Shown here: in pieces, positions 1 to 10,010 of the stretch
Layout of the letters: each line of letters begins with the position of its first letter
Numbering within the stretch: the stretch's first letter is position 1
DNA from: a virus
Lineage: Duplodnaviria; Caudoviricetes
Direction: 5' to 3' (one strand)
Length of the DNA stretch: 64,000 nucleotides
IMG/VR virus record: IMGVR_UViG_3300026522_000021
Notes under the pieces: model-generated
Told to the model about the DNA's origin: nothing
Database searches by the model: none
The model's input: only the letters and a program-made list of their open reading frames with translations
Position numbers and translations under genes: made by a program

Positions 1-480
1 TTCAGGAAAACCCTCATAGAACATACGGATAATCGCTTCTTGATAATCCGCGTGCTCTTCTATCTGGTCATTCCTTATTCGCTCGATTGCTTCTTCCATC
101 GCATCTTTATCAAAAATTTTTACATCATCAGCGAAAAGCGCAACAACATTTCTTCCTTTAATCTTTTTATCGTTACAAGGATTTTTGATTACTTCATAAT
201 TGTCAATGTACCAGTTAAAGAAATCACGGAGAATTGACAGCAATGTATCATACGTCCTATAAGACATTTTATATACTTTATTGGAAAATGATTTATTACT
301 AAACGTCTTTATCATCTCGGCAATTTCTTGCGATTCCATGTCAACAAGTGGCTTGCCTATTTCTTTTTCATAAGCGTATAATTCAGGTCTGTCGATCTGT
401 CCTCGTATCTTCTTCGCCGTTGTTTCAGGTCTTGTAGTAAAATACTCATCCAACAAAGACGCTGTATCTTTCTTTGCCAT
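1..480 (-). CDS. MrpR/YopR-like repressor with tyrosine-recombinase fold (partial, runs off the left edge; absent from ORF track)
   Basis: ATG at 480 with AGGAGG RBS and its own TTGACA promoter (527-532). Translation MAKKDTASLLDEYF...LLSILRDFFNWY..KNPC...IIRMFYEG resembles a core-binding domain followed by the LxFxG segment of SPbeta MrpR-type proteins. Confidence 0.6.
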   Translation of the reverse strand, partial: MAKKDTASLLDEYFTTRPETTAKKIRGQIDRPELYAYEKEIGKPLVDMESQEIAEMIKTFSNKSFSNKVYKMSYRTYDTLLSILRDFFNWYIDNYEVIKNPCNDKKIKGRNVVALFADDVKIFDKDAMEEAIERIRNDQIEEHADYQEAIIRMFYEGFPE

Positions 481-555
481 ACACCTACACCTCCTTACTT
501 AAATATGTACCATAAAACCAAGGAAATGTCAATGTATATAAATATCTTGCGTTAT

Positions 556-1035
556 TTAGTAAGCATCAAGAATTGGAAACTGTGACTGCATAGCACGGCA
601 GATGCGCATAAGCATATCAACGTCTTTTATCTCGCCCATATAGTATTTTAAATTTTCCTTCTGCACAGTTGTTAACTGCTCTATAAGTAGTGTACTCGGC
701 GCAGTCAGTCCGTATTTCTTATGATCCCATATCTCCACATGGCAAGGCAGATTTCTTTTGTTCATTTTAGTTGTCAACGGAATAGCATTTATCACCGTGC
801 TATGCTGATTGTTCTTGTCATTCGAGATAATAAATACTGGTCTATGACCGCCCTGAATACTGCCATCCTGTGACGGAAGATTAGCCATCCAGATTTCTCC
901 GCATTTAACATCACGACTTTCAGCCCCGATGAATTCAACACTATTATTTTCGTATTTAATGAAGAACGTCATAGGCTGCGCAGATTTTCCATCTCGTCTT
1001 GCCTGTGTTCTTATTCTTGTTGATGCATTCATCAT
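556..1035 (-). CDS. mazF: PemK/MazF family endoribonuclease
   Basis: GEIWMANL..DGSIQGGHRPVFIISNDKNN..STVINAIPLTT...LIEQLTTV are the PemK motifs; GGAGG RBS before ATG 1035/1032. Confidence 0.85.
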   Translation of the reverse strand: MMNASTRIRTQARRDGKSAQPMTFFIKYENNSVEFIGAESRDVKCGEIWMANLPSQDGSIQGGHRPVFIISNDKNNQHSTVINAIPLTTKMNKRNLPCHVEIWDHKKYGLTAPSTLLIEQLTTVQKENLKYYMGEIKDVDMLMRICRAMQSQFPILDAY

Positions 1036-1058
1036 AAGCCTCCAGTCTCCAGATACCA

Positions 1059-1421
1059 TTAAAAATCATCTAATGGTTTAGTTATGTTGTCATTCGATTT
1101 CCTTTTTACATAGAAATCATATCCGGGTTTAATCAACACCAGTTTTCCACATCTCGGAAGATCATAACCAAAGTAAGGCTTTTTATCTTTATTCTTATTC
1201 AGTTTGATCCTCATGAACCGTCCAACCGCATTGATAATTTCCACCGTGCGATCATCTGATTTGTTTGTGTATTTGATTGTACCATCATTCTTTAAATCGC
1301 CAGTGCCAATGAATAACCCTGTTGTCTTGTGGTTTATTCCAATAAAGTATCTATTCCAATTCATGTTACCACTCCTGAAATATGTGGTGTACTGCATCGA
1401 ACAATACACCACATTTTCCAT
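1059..1421 (-). CDS. hypothetical protein
   Basis: ORF translationally coupled with both neighbours. Confidence 0.65.
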   Translation of the reverse strand: MENVVYCSMQYTTYFRSGNMNWNRYFIGINHKTTGLFIGTGDLKNDGTIKYTNKSDDRTVEIINAVGRFMRIKLNKNKDKKPYFGYDLPRCGKLVLIKPGYDFYVKRKSNDNITKPLDDF

Positions 1422-1786
1422 TATTCTTCTGTAGCTTCATTATAATGTTTTTCGTTTTTATAAATGTTCTCCTCGTATTCAAATGCTTCTTTTGCATCCT
1501 CAAAACATTTACCGTCACTTGCCATCCATGTAGCGTTTACAAGAGTAAGACGATCTTTAATTCTTGTACGATAGCTTTTTGAAATGAAGCCGCTGTTGCC
1601 ATCAAAATACTGCTCTGGTATCAGTTCCTTCGCCCTAACCTTCATCCATCCGTTGCCATTATTATTTCCTGCCGCCGAAGGAGAATAGATCAAAGCCATG
1701 ATATGATTTTCCTGAAACACGCTAAACACATCAACCATACAGTTATGTTTCTTATAATACATTCTCTCCATCGTTATCGCCCCCAA
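1421..1786 (-). CDS. hypothetical protein
   Basis: ORF in the minus-strand operon; start uncertain. Confidence 0.6.
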   Translation of the reverse strand: MGAITMERMYYKKHNCMVDVFSVFQENHIMALIYSPSAAGNNNGNGWMKVRAKELIPEQYFDGNSGFISKSYRTRIKDRLTLVNATWMASDGKCFEDAKEAFEYEENIYKNEKHYNEATEE

Positions 1787-1791
1787 ACGTG

Positions 1792-2943
1792 TTACATGTC
1801 TACTTCTTCAGGCTCGTTCATGAAGTCAGAAGAAACATCCTCATGTTTTTCAATATCGGATTTTTCTGCTTCTTCAACGCCATCATCTTCATGTTCATCG
1901 GATGCCTCGATATCCACATCATCGAAGAACCGATCCCATACCTTTTCGATCTCATCATGTCTGCGCTTGATATTCGCGTTCTTTGCAGAACCACCCTTGC
2001 AAGCATCGGAGTAAGCATCGGACACGATCACGCCATTTCCGAAAAGTTCTACCATGAAATCGCCCATCAGCTTATCAGAAATCTCATCATCAATAGCCTG
2101 TTTGATCCACGGAACAAGCGAGATCATATGCGTTTCAGAAACCATTTTCTTTCTAACAGCCTTCGCAACCTTCGCATTGTCGTACTCCTCAAGCACATTA
2201 TAGATTGCGTAAATCTTATCCAGAACAGAAACGACCTCATCGCGCTCGGCATCGCTCATCTTCGTTTCCTGCATCACTTCGTTGAAAGTTCTGCTTTCAA
2301 AAGATACATCATCAATGTCCTCGTTCAGCATCATCCATACCTTCATGATGATCGGGAGCTGCTTTCTGGTTGCAAGCGCCTTTTCGGTCATGGTGTTCTG
2401 GAAAAGCTCATGCTTTCCAATATCAGAAACGGTGATGATGTCAACACAGTTAGCAATGTTGCGCTCTTTAGTGGAAAGGGGCTTTCCATTGTTCAGCTTC
2501 GCGAACAGCATCCGAACCTGTTCAGGAGTGATATCCTCGTAATAGTAGATCGTCAGGTGATAATCCTTGATTGCATCCTGAATCTCTTCGGGAAGGTCTT
2601 TAAAGTATTTCCCTTCAAGCCATTCCGTCTGCTCATTGCCCTCTGCATCAGTATATGTAATCTCAGGAACGCCAATCAGGTAATACTCGTTCTCGATGAA
2701 GCCACGAATAGCATTGATGCGCTGCTTTCCATCAAGGAAATCATATGTTCTTCCGTCAACCTTCTTTGCGTAAAATGGCGGTACAGGATATCCTTCAATC
2801 AGGGAATGAATCAGGTTACTCTTCCTTGTCTGTTCCCATACATAGGATCTCTGGATGATATTGTCGAAACTGAATGTTCCGTTTCCTGCCATTTTCGCGA
2901 TCTGCTTACAACTCCATGTAATGTTTGCTTTGTTAAGTGCCAT
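1792..2943 (-). CDS. DUF262 (ParB/Srx-like, GmrSD N-terminal) domain protein with acidic tail
   Basis: IQRSYVW, LIHSLIEGYPVPPFY, LDGKQR and FAKLNNGKPLS motifs; GGAGG RBS before ATG 2943. Confidence 0.85.
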   Translation of the reverse strand: MALNKANITWSCKQIAKMAGNGTFSFDNIIQRSYVWEQTRKSNLIHSLIEGYPVPPFYAKKVDGRTYDFLDGKQRINAIRGFIENEYYLIGVPEITYTDAEGNEQTEWLEGKYFKDLPEEIQDAIKDYHLTIYYYEDITPEQVRMLFAKLNNGKPLSTKERNIANCVDIITVSDIGKHELFQNTMTEKALATRKQLPIIMKVWMMLNEDIDDVSFESRTFNEVMQETKMSDAERDEVVSVLDKIYAIYNVLEEYDNAKVAKAVRKKMVSETHMISLVPWIKQAIDDEISDKLMGDFMVELFGNGVIVSDAYSDACKGGSAKNANIKRRHDEIEKVWDRFFDDVDIEASDEHEDDGVEEAEKSDIEKHEDVSSDFMNEPEEVDM

Positions 2944-3059
2944 TTCTTTATCCTCCTTTGTTTGATTTGCTTTGTGTTCTTTGTTTACTACCTCTCTATG
3001 TGAACATGTTACCACATAAAGAGGTAGATGTCAACTATTATTTTGAATTATTTTTTAAT

Positions 3060-3983
3060 TTATTTAATCAAGCTGTCAACCAATCCCATGATATCATTGA
3101 TTGCTTCGATATGGACAGATGCTTCAGTCGCGTTTGCGTTTCTCTGTCCTTCAGAATAAGCCATTGCGATTATGTCTCGCAGATCGGAAACCTCGATGCT
3201 GATAACTGGCTTGTCAGAAACTTCTTTATATTCTTTATCACCTGTCACATAGTCATCAAAGAAACCGCCCATATCATCATAATACTGATTGACTTTTTCT
3301 TTGGTTAATCCGATATAATGTTTAGTAGTTTTTGTATCGGAGTGATTGTAGATCGTCTGCAACAATTCCATGCTGTCATAATCATTCGGATGGATCATTC
3401 TGGAGATCATACCGAAAGTTTTTCTTGTGCTATGCGTCCCAACATTATAGGTAATTCCGATAACATCTGCTGCTTTCTTCAGCGCCTTGCGATAACCATC
3501 GCTGGTGATGACTGTTCCTCTATGCGTCCCTGTCAGCTGCATGAACACGTATTCGTGATAGCCATTCTTCTCAGGTTTTACACCAGTCTTTTCAATGTAC
3601 TTTTCAATAGCTTTTTTACAAGCGCTATTGATACGAGGATTCGCAAGCTTGTCTGTTTTATCCTCTACAATCTCAAGGATCTCATCTCTGATTTTCCCTG
3701 TCTGCGGATTGTAAAGATGCTCCCATGTAAGATTGAGTGTATCGCCAACGCGCCTCGCCATGTTGCATCCTAAGATGAAGAGCAGATAGTGAAGCCACAT
3801 CTCATTCTCTTCAAAGTATTCGATCATCTTCTTCATATCTTCCAACTGGAACGGATATACTTCAGACTTGCGACCTTTCTTTTTATTATTGGCTTTTTTC
3901 TCCTGACGAGGGAATTCAATGATGCTCGAATACCCTGTTCTTTCTTCCGTATCATTCCAGATATTCAATGCTCTGACTGCCAT
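3060..3983 (-). CDS. tyrosine recombinase/integrase family protein
   Basis: ARRVGD (R), HSTRKTFG (HxxR), YNHS (H) and HYIG (Y) give the catalytic set. Confidence 0.9.
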   Translation of the reverse strand: MAVRALNIWNDTEERTGYSSIIEFPRQEKKANNKKKGRKSEVYPFQLEDMKKMIEYFEENEMWLHYLLFILGCNMARRVGDTLNLTWEHLYNPQTGKIRDEILEIVEDKTDKLANPRINSACKKAIEKYIEKTGVKPEKNGYHEYVFMQLTGTHRGTVITSDGYRKALKKAADVIGITYNVGTHSTRKTFGMISRMIHPNDYDSMELLQTIYNHSDTKTTKHYIGLTKEKVNQYYDDMGGFFDDYVTGDKEYKEVSDKPVISIEVSDLRDIIAMAYSEGQRNANATEASVHIEAINDIMGLVDSLIK

Positions 3984-4549
3984 CTCTATACCTCCTTATT
4001 AATTTGCTTTGCTTTGTGTAACTATAAGATAGCACATCATTTACTATCTGTCAATACCTATTTCAAAAATTTTCTTGTATTATTTCTTGACAAGTTTGAA
4101 TTCAATCTGCTACGTTTATCGGCTTCCGCTCGGTTGGGCATAGTTTTCCCCCTAAACAGGGGGATAATGTTCTACTACGTTCATTCGGACGCTTCGGAGT
4201 ACATTAGTTACCGCTTGTAAGCCAAATATCTGCCCTTGGCTGATGACGGTATCCCACATCAGATAACCTCCACTTAATTATTTAGTCTCGCCAGCCACGA
4301 GATTAATCGCCTTTTTGTGTGTCAGTCGCGATCAGGACTACGGATTATTTCAACAGAGTACCGTGTACTGCCTATATTAAATTGTAGTTTTTAAATACTA
4401 AGATTTTCTGTATACGCATGAGCAGAAAATCCATGTTTTGAAAAACGAATTTTACATAGCAAATAAATCTATTTTTGAAAAACAACAAATTAAGAAAGAA
4501 TAGTTTTCAAAAATTGATATTATTTGTCGCACGACAAAGAGCCTTGAAC

Positions 4550-4936
4550 TTATGTCCAAGGCTTTCTGTGTTCTTTTATGGTTTCTTTTTCAAGCTCGTT
4601 ATCACATTTATCGCACAAATCATAATGAAAAATCTTCATCCAAGGTTTAATCACAAGACTTGCTCCGCATCTGGCGCATGTCTGATGTCCATAGACTTCT
4701 TCATATATCATCATGTGGTCTGCGCGTTCTCTTCTATTTCCTGTTGGAATAGATTTATGTTCTCTATCTATTCCTGAATAATCTGGATCATCAAGATATA
4801 AACTGATATCTTTCTTCCAAGGTTTTCTTCTATGGAAACTGCGAGGAATGCTGCGACCAAATAGATCAATCAATCTTGCATTGTTTGTTCTGCTTCTAAA
4901 TACGCGATCAATAGTGAGATCAACATTGTCTTTCAA
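4550..4936 (-). CDS. hypothetical protein with C-terminal CxxC...CxxC zinc ribbon
   Basis: CARCG...CDKC. Confidence 0.65.
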   Translation of the reverse strand: MKDNVDLTIDRVFRSRTNNARLIDLFGRSIPRSFHRRKPWKKDISLYLDDPDYSGIDREHKSIPTGNRRERADHMMIYEEVYGHQTCARCGASLVIKPWMKIFHYDLCDKCDNELEKETIKEHRKPWT

Positions 4937-4938
4937 GT

Positions 4939-5088
4939 TTATTCCTTCTTCCCTAAATGGTCACAATACTCAGCATCATTGCAATCCTTACAGTTTCCAT
5001 CGCATCCGTATTCAACTTCGAGATAGACATTGCATTTTGTACAATTTCCAGAGTTGCATTTTTCCTCAGTATAAGGACAGATATTCAT
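4939..5088 (-). CDS. 49-aa cysteine-rich mini-protein (not in ORF track)
   Basis: MNICPYTEEKCNSGNCTKCNVYLEVEYGCDGNCKDCNDAEYCDHLGKKE; fills the gap and overlaps the upstream stop. Confidence 0.6.
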   Translation of the reverse strand: MNICPYTEEKCNSGNCTKCNVYLEVEYGCDGNCKDCNDAEYCDHLGKKE

Positions 5089-5648
5089 TTATTACTTCTC
5101 CCTTCACCAAGATAATAGAAACGATCTATAACAACATTGTCCTTCTGGCTTTGGAAAGTCCCGAAAAGAATAGGGTCTTTTGCTCTTCTTTCTTTTTCTA
5201 CTTGACGTTCTACATCACCTGTATAATCAGTGAACACAACGTATAACTTATCGAATTTGTCTTTGACCTTTGCGATCACTTCAACAATTTCATCAGGGAT
5301 TTCACGTTCATAGTTTTCAAGTTCGATAATCTTTACGACATCAGAAGCCACATTGTCTATGTAGTATTCAATATCATCGCGATAGACGAATGTATCAATG
5401 CCCATCCTGACTATTTCACGTTCTTTTTCAATACATTCAAGATGGAATATTAGTTTCGCCGCGCCTTTGTATTGGTTTGTAATCTTGTATTTATTTAAAA
5501 GTTCCAAACAGTTATCATAAACGGCTTTCAGTTGTTCATCTGTCGCTTTAGATTTTCGCTCTTTCACAACAGCAAAATATTCTTGAGGCGTTAATTGTGC
5601 TTCTTCTGGCGTGTTCAAATTATCAAACGTCACATTCTCATCCATCAT
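5085..5648 (-). CDS. hypothetical protein
   Basis: 187-aa ORF with AAGGA RBS. Confidence 0.75.
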   Translation of the reverse strand: MMDENVTFDNLNTPEEAQLTPQEYFAVVKERKSKATDEQLKAVYDNCLELLNKYKITNQYKGAAKLIFHLECIEKEREIVRMGIDTFVYRDDIEYYIDNVASDVVKIIELENYEREIPDEIVEVIAKVKDKFDKLYVVFTDYTGDVERQVEKERRAKDPILFGTFQSQKDNVVIDRFYYLGEGRSNK

Positions 5649-5877
5649 TATTTCCTTTCTTTATCAACATCCATAATTCAACGGTATCAAATGATCCATT
5701 GTCATAGCTAACTACTCCATAAGTCTTTCCTTTATCACGTACAAAACCATGAAGTGTTGCGTGCTTTAATTTCTTACATCTTTTACAATCCTTTCTTACT
5801 TTGTGTAAAACCTGACTATCAATGCATCCACAGCATTCATCGTATCCGGGCTTTACGAGGGTTTCCAGTTGTACCAT
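5638..5877 (-). CDS. hypothetical Cys-containing protein
   Basis: AGAGGAG RBS; coupled to the next gene. Confidence 0.65.
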   Translation of the reverse strand: MVQLETLVKPGYDECCGCIDSQVLHKVRKDCKRCKKLKHATLHGFVRDKGKTYGVVSYDNGSFDTVELWMLIKKGNNDG

Positions 5878-6017
5878 TCACTGCTCCTCTTGCGCACAAA
5901 ATAGTTTTCCAATATTTGAAATATCTGTTGTGCAATTAATTACATTTTTGAAAAACTAATAGTTACTGTATTTAGTTATTTTGTATTATTTATTAGCAAT
6001 AGCAGAGGATTTCTCTG

Positions 6018-6650
6018 CTATTCCGTCATTAAATCAAATACATCTACATTAGCCGCTACCGCCAATTTGCACAGGGCAAGCAACGGAATGCGGACGTTCA
6101 ACCTACTACGATTGAACCACGAATAATATGAATGCTGTGTGCAATCACAAATTTCCATAACTTGTACTTGTCTTTTATTCGAATGGTGCAATAGCAGTTC
6201 TTCTGTTTTTCCGAAGTATTTTTCCAGATTATCCACCACGATATTTTTATCAGTGTCATACTGCATATCGAATGCACGGATATAGATCTCTGCGCTATTG
6301 GTTGGATAATGCTCATTGCAATAATCGTTCGCCATCAAGAAATCCTGAACGGTCACTTCGCAATTTTCTTTAGTATTGAAAAACGCAAAAATATTGTAGT
6401 GTAGATAGTTGGCGACCATGCAAAGATCAATCAAAGGTATCTTCTTGTCTGGTCGATTAAACCAAGACATGACCGTATGTTTTGAACGATTTGTTATTTC
6501 AGGCAGCGCCTTGTATCTATCTACTTCTAACCCTTTGGATTTTCCAAGAGAGACAGCTATATTCAAGTTAGCGAGGATCTCTTCGCGTGATCTGCTATCG
6601 TATTCATTTTGCATTGTTAAAATTAGTTCTGCATTATTCATGCGATTCAC
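6018..6650 (-). CDS. tandem HTH (XRE-like) protein, internally duplicated
   Basis: SKHTVMSWFNRP..IPLIDLC.VA recurs as TQHSYYSWFNRS..IPLLALC.LA; own promoter at ~6706. Confidence 0.6.
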   Translation of the reverse strand: MNRMNNAELILTMQNEYDSRSREEILANLNIAVSLGKSKGLEVDRYKALPEITNRSKHTVMSWFNRPDKKIPLIDLCMVANYLHYNIFAFFNTKENCEVTVQDFLMANDYCNEHYPTNSAEIYIRAFDMQYDTDKNIVVDNLEKYFGKTEELLLHHSNKRQVQVMEICDCTQHSYYSWFNRSRLNVRIPLLALCKLAVAANVDVFDLMTE

Positions 6651-6728
6651 CTACCTTTGGTCAAGGAAAATGTACTTATTTTACTATAGCACATTTTCCA
6701 CGACCTTGCAACAATTATTTTGCTTTAC

Positions 6729-7883
6729 TTATGCCACCTGCCTTTTGACAAATTCCACATTATCTTCGTTGATATTGACTGGCAAAATCAGGAATTCATA
6801 TGTTTCATCCATAATCATAATTGGTTTCTTGAAACTATATGCGCCTTTTATTTCAGCTTCTTCAGAGAATGCACCGCAAGCATCCATGATGAAACGAGGA
6901 TTTACACCTACATACCATTCATGCCCCATACCGTATTCAGCTTCTACATTTTCCAGAACATCAGATGTACGATAGTTCGCAACCTGTACGCCTGTCGCAA
7001 CGCTACCATTATTATTATAAAAGATCATCGGAGCTTTATTGTCCTTTGTGACAACTTTAGAATACTCTTTTGCAATATTCAAAAGTTCTTTTGTGTTGAA
7101 CCTATATGTATATTCACTTCCAGAACGAACATCGCCAGTAAGTTTTTCATAATTGAAATATTCACCATCCAACAGGCGCGATGTCAGAACATAATCCTCA
7201 CCTATGAATTCAACATATTTATCATTGGCATAAACTTCGATACTCTTATCATCATCCTTTGTTTTTCCAATCAGACTTTTAAGCGCACTATATACAGTGC
7301 CATCAAGGTTAAGTCCTCGTGCATTTGGCGCAAACATTCCACCAACAAGATTAGCCATGCCGATTCTGTGACCGTCCAGTGTAACAATTCTCCGATTAGA
7401 AAGATCAAGATAGAAAGCTGTCATCATTTTGTTTGCTTCTTCCTCTGACCTTGCACAATTCAGAATGGAAAGATGTTTCAGGAACTCGTTCTCTGACTGA
7501 ATACAAACAATATTATTGTTTCCGATTGAAGGCTTCTCAATCCATATATCATCATAATCAGTATGACAAGGGATTTCATAGCTCTTCTTTGAACTTCTAA
7601 TGTCAAGTTTTAAATCGGAGACAGTAATAATAATATCGTCATTGATTGCAAGAATTTTCTTTAAGTCAGAAAGCAAAACCCAAGCAACGCCATCCTCATA
7701 TACGTTTGCATATACTTTTATCGTTGCGTAATTCGTTGAGTCAGTGGCAGAAAATTCCACATTGTTTCCGTGAGCTTCGATCTTTACACATTCCATAACC
7801 TGAAGCGCCGTTCTTTTCGGTACGATACCGCCGATTCTGTCAACCAGAGTTTTGAAATCTTTTCCATAAATCTGAAATTTCAT
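6729..7883 (-). CDS. dnaN: DNA polymerase III beta sliding clamp
   Basis: 384 aa; FSATD, VTLDGHRI, RLLDGEYFNY, VNPRFIMDA and C-terminal LILPV are typical of DnaN. Confidence 0.88.
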   Translation of the reverse strand: MKFQIYGKDFKTLVDRIGGIVPKRTALQVMECVKIEAHGNNVEFSATDSTNYATIKVYANVYEDGVAWVLLSDLKKILAINDDIIITVSDLKLDIRSSKKSYEIPCHTDYDDIWIEKPSIGNNNIVCIQSENEFLKHLSILNCARSEEEANKMMTAFYLDLSNRRIVTLDGHRIGMANLVGGMFAPNARGLNLDGTVYSALKSLIGKTKDDDKSIEVYANDKYVEFIGEDYVLTSRLLDGEYFNYEKLTGDVRSGSEYTYRFNTKELLNIAKEYSKVVTKDNKAPMIFYNNNGSVATGVQVANYRTSDVLENVEAEYGMGHEWYVGVNPRFIMDACGAFSEEAEIKGAYSFKKPIMIMDETYEFLILPVNINEDNVEFVKRQVA

Positions 7884-7912
7884 TTTTGTTCCTCCTAATT
7901 ATCTTGCTTTGC

Positions 7913-8110
7913 TTATATGATAGTAACAATCAGAACGTCATCAATTGATCCAAAACCGCGAACCCATCTATTGCAGATATCTTTACATATAACGCTCTGA
8001 AGCTGGCTATTCACACCATCGAAAAGAATAATATCTTTCTCGTCCTTCACCTGTATCTTCTGTACATACCACATGAAATTTGAAAGCTGTCCTAATGTAA
8101 TGTAGTTCAT
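7913..8110 (-). CDS. hypothetical protein
   Basis: AGGAGG RBS, directly after the promoter at 8158. Confidence 0.7.
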   Translation of the reverse strand: MNYITLGQLSNFMWYVQKIQVKDEKDIILFDGVNSQLQSVICKDICNRWVRGFGSIDDVLIVTII

Positions 8111-8250
8111 TTATATACCTCCTTCTCAATGGATATGTTAGCACATTGTTTACTATCTGTCAATAATGATTTTGCATTATCTATACTAAATTTGAATGTT
8201 TATTATCATAGACATAAAGCGTATTAACGTCCACAATAATTAACATTATT

Positions 8251-8451
8251 TCAAAACCATGATTTAATGAGCCTGTACTGCCCTTCGATTTTTCCATCGC
8301 TATTTACTTTACCAGTGATACAGCTAACTACTTCATCGCGATTTGATTTTTCGAAAATGGATTTTCCTGCTGCAATCGCATCGTCCAGATTTGTATGTCT
8401 ACTGATAACCTTTCGATCATTCCCTTTGGTGACTGTAATAATATAGTCCAT
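8251..8451 (-). CDS. hypothetical protein
   Basis: AGGAGG RBS. Confidence 0.7.
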   Translation of the reverse strand: MDYIITVTKGNDRKVISRHTNLDDAIAAGKSIFEKSNRDEVVSCITGKVNSDGKIEGQYRLIKSWF

Positions 8452-8463
8452 AGCATATCCTCC

Positions 8464-8787
8464 TTAAATAATATTTCTAAGTCGATCCTGACATTCAAGA
8501 TAGTACCTGTCTATGTATATCATTCTTTTCGTGAACAGGCAATACACTCCGATGCCTAAAACAAAAACTCCAAGCGTGTTTAATAAACCCCATTCATTCG
8601 CGCATCCAACGGCGACAGCAATTAATCCAATGACAGCAAGGATATAGCCCATCAATCTCTGGCGCTTATAATACGCAGCCATCCGCTTATTCGCCTTGAT
8701 ATAATTCATGCGCTTCTGATGCTTTACATCATTGCTTAATTTTTCCCAATCATTATAAGTCATTACCTGAATTTCCCTTCGTGACAT
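8464..8787 (-). CDS. small two-TM membrane protein
   Basis: Two hydrophobic segments (LMGYILAVIGLIAVAVG; LLNTLGVFVLGIGVYCLF); GGGGAG RBS. Confidence 0.7.
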   Translation of the reverse strand: MSRREIQVMTYNDWEKLSNDVKHQKRMNYIKANKRMAAYYKRQRLMGYILAVIGLIAVAVGCANEWGLLNTLGVFVLGIGVYCLFTKRMIYIDRYYLECQDRLRNII

Positions 8788-8809
8788 TTTATTTCTCCCC
8801 TATTAAATG

Positions 8810-9202
8810 TCAAACGTTGTTATACTCTTTAACATCGTTGTTTGCTTCTTCTTCGGTTTCGTACCAAGATATAACAGTGTCGCTGATCGTGCCGTGATTT
8901 TCCACATCGTCTGGCTTTACCGATGCCATCACATCTTTATATCTTCTGGCTGTAGTCTTGTTTGTTCTGTTATTCACCCTGAAGATCACGCCATAAAATT
9001 TCCGCAGACTTGCATCAACAAGATCGTATCTATCTATTTCTTCTTTGGATAATGGATGGGAATACTCAACGTATCCCCAAGCATAATCCTGAATATCATC
9101 GCAGAACTGGCGATCATCAAAGTTGTGATGATTGATGTAGTTATCATTCTTTGGATATGTACCTAATGAAACAGGTCTTAATTTGCTATAATATCTATTC
9201 AT
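8810..9202 (-). CDS. DarA_C-like (defence-against-restriction / polyvalent protein) domain protein
   Basis: YYSKLRPVSLGTYPK...AWGYVEYSHPLSKEEIDRYDL matches the DarA C-terminal pattern as I recall it; AGGAGG RBS. Confidence 0.65.
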   Translation of the reverse strand: MNRYYSKLRPVSLGTYPKNDNYINHHNFDDRQFCDDIQDYAWGYVEYSHPLSKEEIDRYDLVDASLRKFYGVIFRVNNRTNKTTARRYKDVMASVKPDDVENHGTISDTVISWYETEEEANNDVKEYNNV

Positions 9203-9269
9203 GGTTTCCTCCTTCAACCATAATATAGCATATTGTTTACTAACTTACAAGTGTTTTCTTGTATTATTT

Positions 9270-9698
9270 TTATTCTTTGATGAAGTAACCATAGACGCAT
9301 CTTGTACCATCGCGAGAACAATCATATGTATCATTCAGAACGCCATCAATTACAGCTGTCTCGTGCTTCGATAAGCTGCAAACAATTCTTCCCTTCGGCA
9401 GTTCGTCCTCGCGCAAATGAACCTTGCATCCTGATCCGATTGTCATTGTGGGAATCCACTTCCATCCAAGATGTTTCATGACCTTCATGATCGTTCCCTT
9501 ATATACGCCTGTCCGCGCATTGCTCTTTCCTGTTTTGCGCTTGCCTGTTCTTTCAGACTTTGCAAACTCGTTAATCAGATCATAGATCTCGCGGCATGGT
9601 CTTTCCGTAGCAATCGCAATCGCTCGGCATACGCAATCGCCTGTTGTGCCTTTAAATCCTGCCTCTGCTCTTCCACCATCATTGTACTGAAACTGCAT
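9270..9698 (-). CDS. conserved phage hypothetical protein
   Basis: YNDGGR..GDCVCRAIAIA...H..AVIDG..DTYD (Cys-His-Asp pattern); RBS present. Confidence 0.75.
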   Translation of the reverse strand: MQFQYNDGGRAEAGFKGTTGDCVCRAIAIATERPCREIYDLINEFAKSERTGKRKTGKSNARTGVYKGTIMKVMKHLGWKWIPTMTIGSGCKVHLREDELPKGRIVCSLSKHETAVIDGVLNDTYDCSRDGTRCVYGYFIKE

Positions 9699-10010
9699 TT
9701 GATTTCTCCTTTCGTTTCATGTTCCTGTGTACTTGCTTTACTATAATATAGCACATGCTTTACATGCTGTCAATACTTTTCTTGCATTATTTATAGAAAA
9801 AAATTTTATTGGAGCGAGTTAAGGTACTATTTCTGCCTATTTATGTTTTTGAAAATTCAATAAAACTGGTATTTTATTAGCAAATTTTCCTGATTTTCAA
9901 AAACTATTTCTATCTGTGCCAGCGCATACAGGTTTTCCGAATTTTGGAAAACTAATTTTGTTTGTAACTTAAAATAAGTTACAATTCAAAAAGGAGTGCT
10001 GATGCACTCC

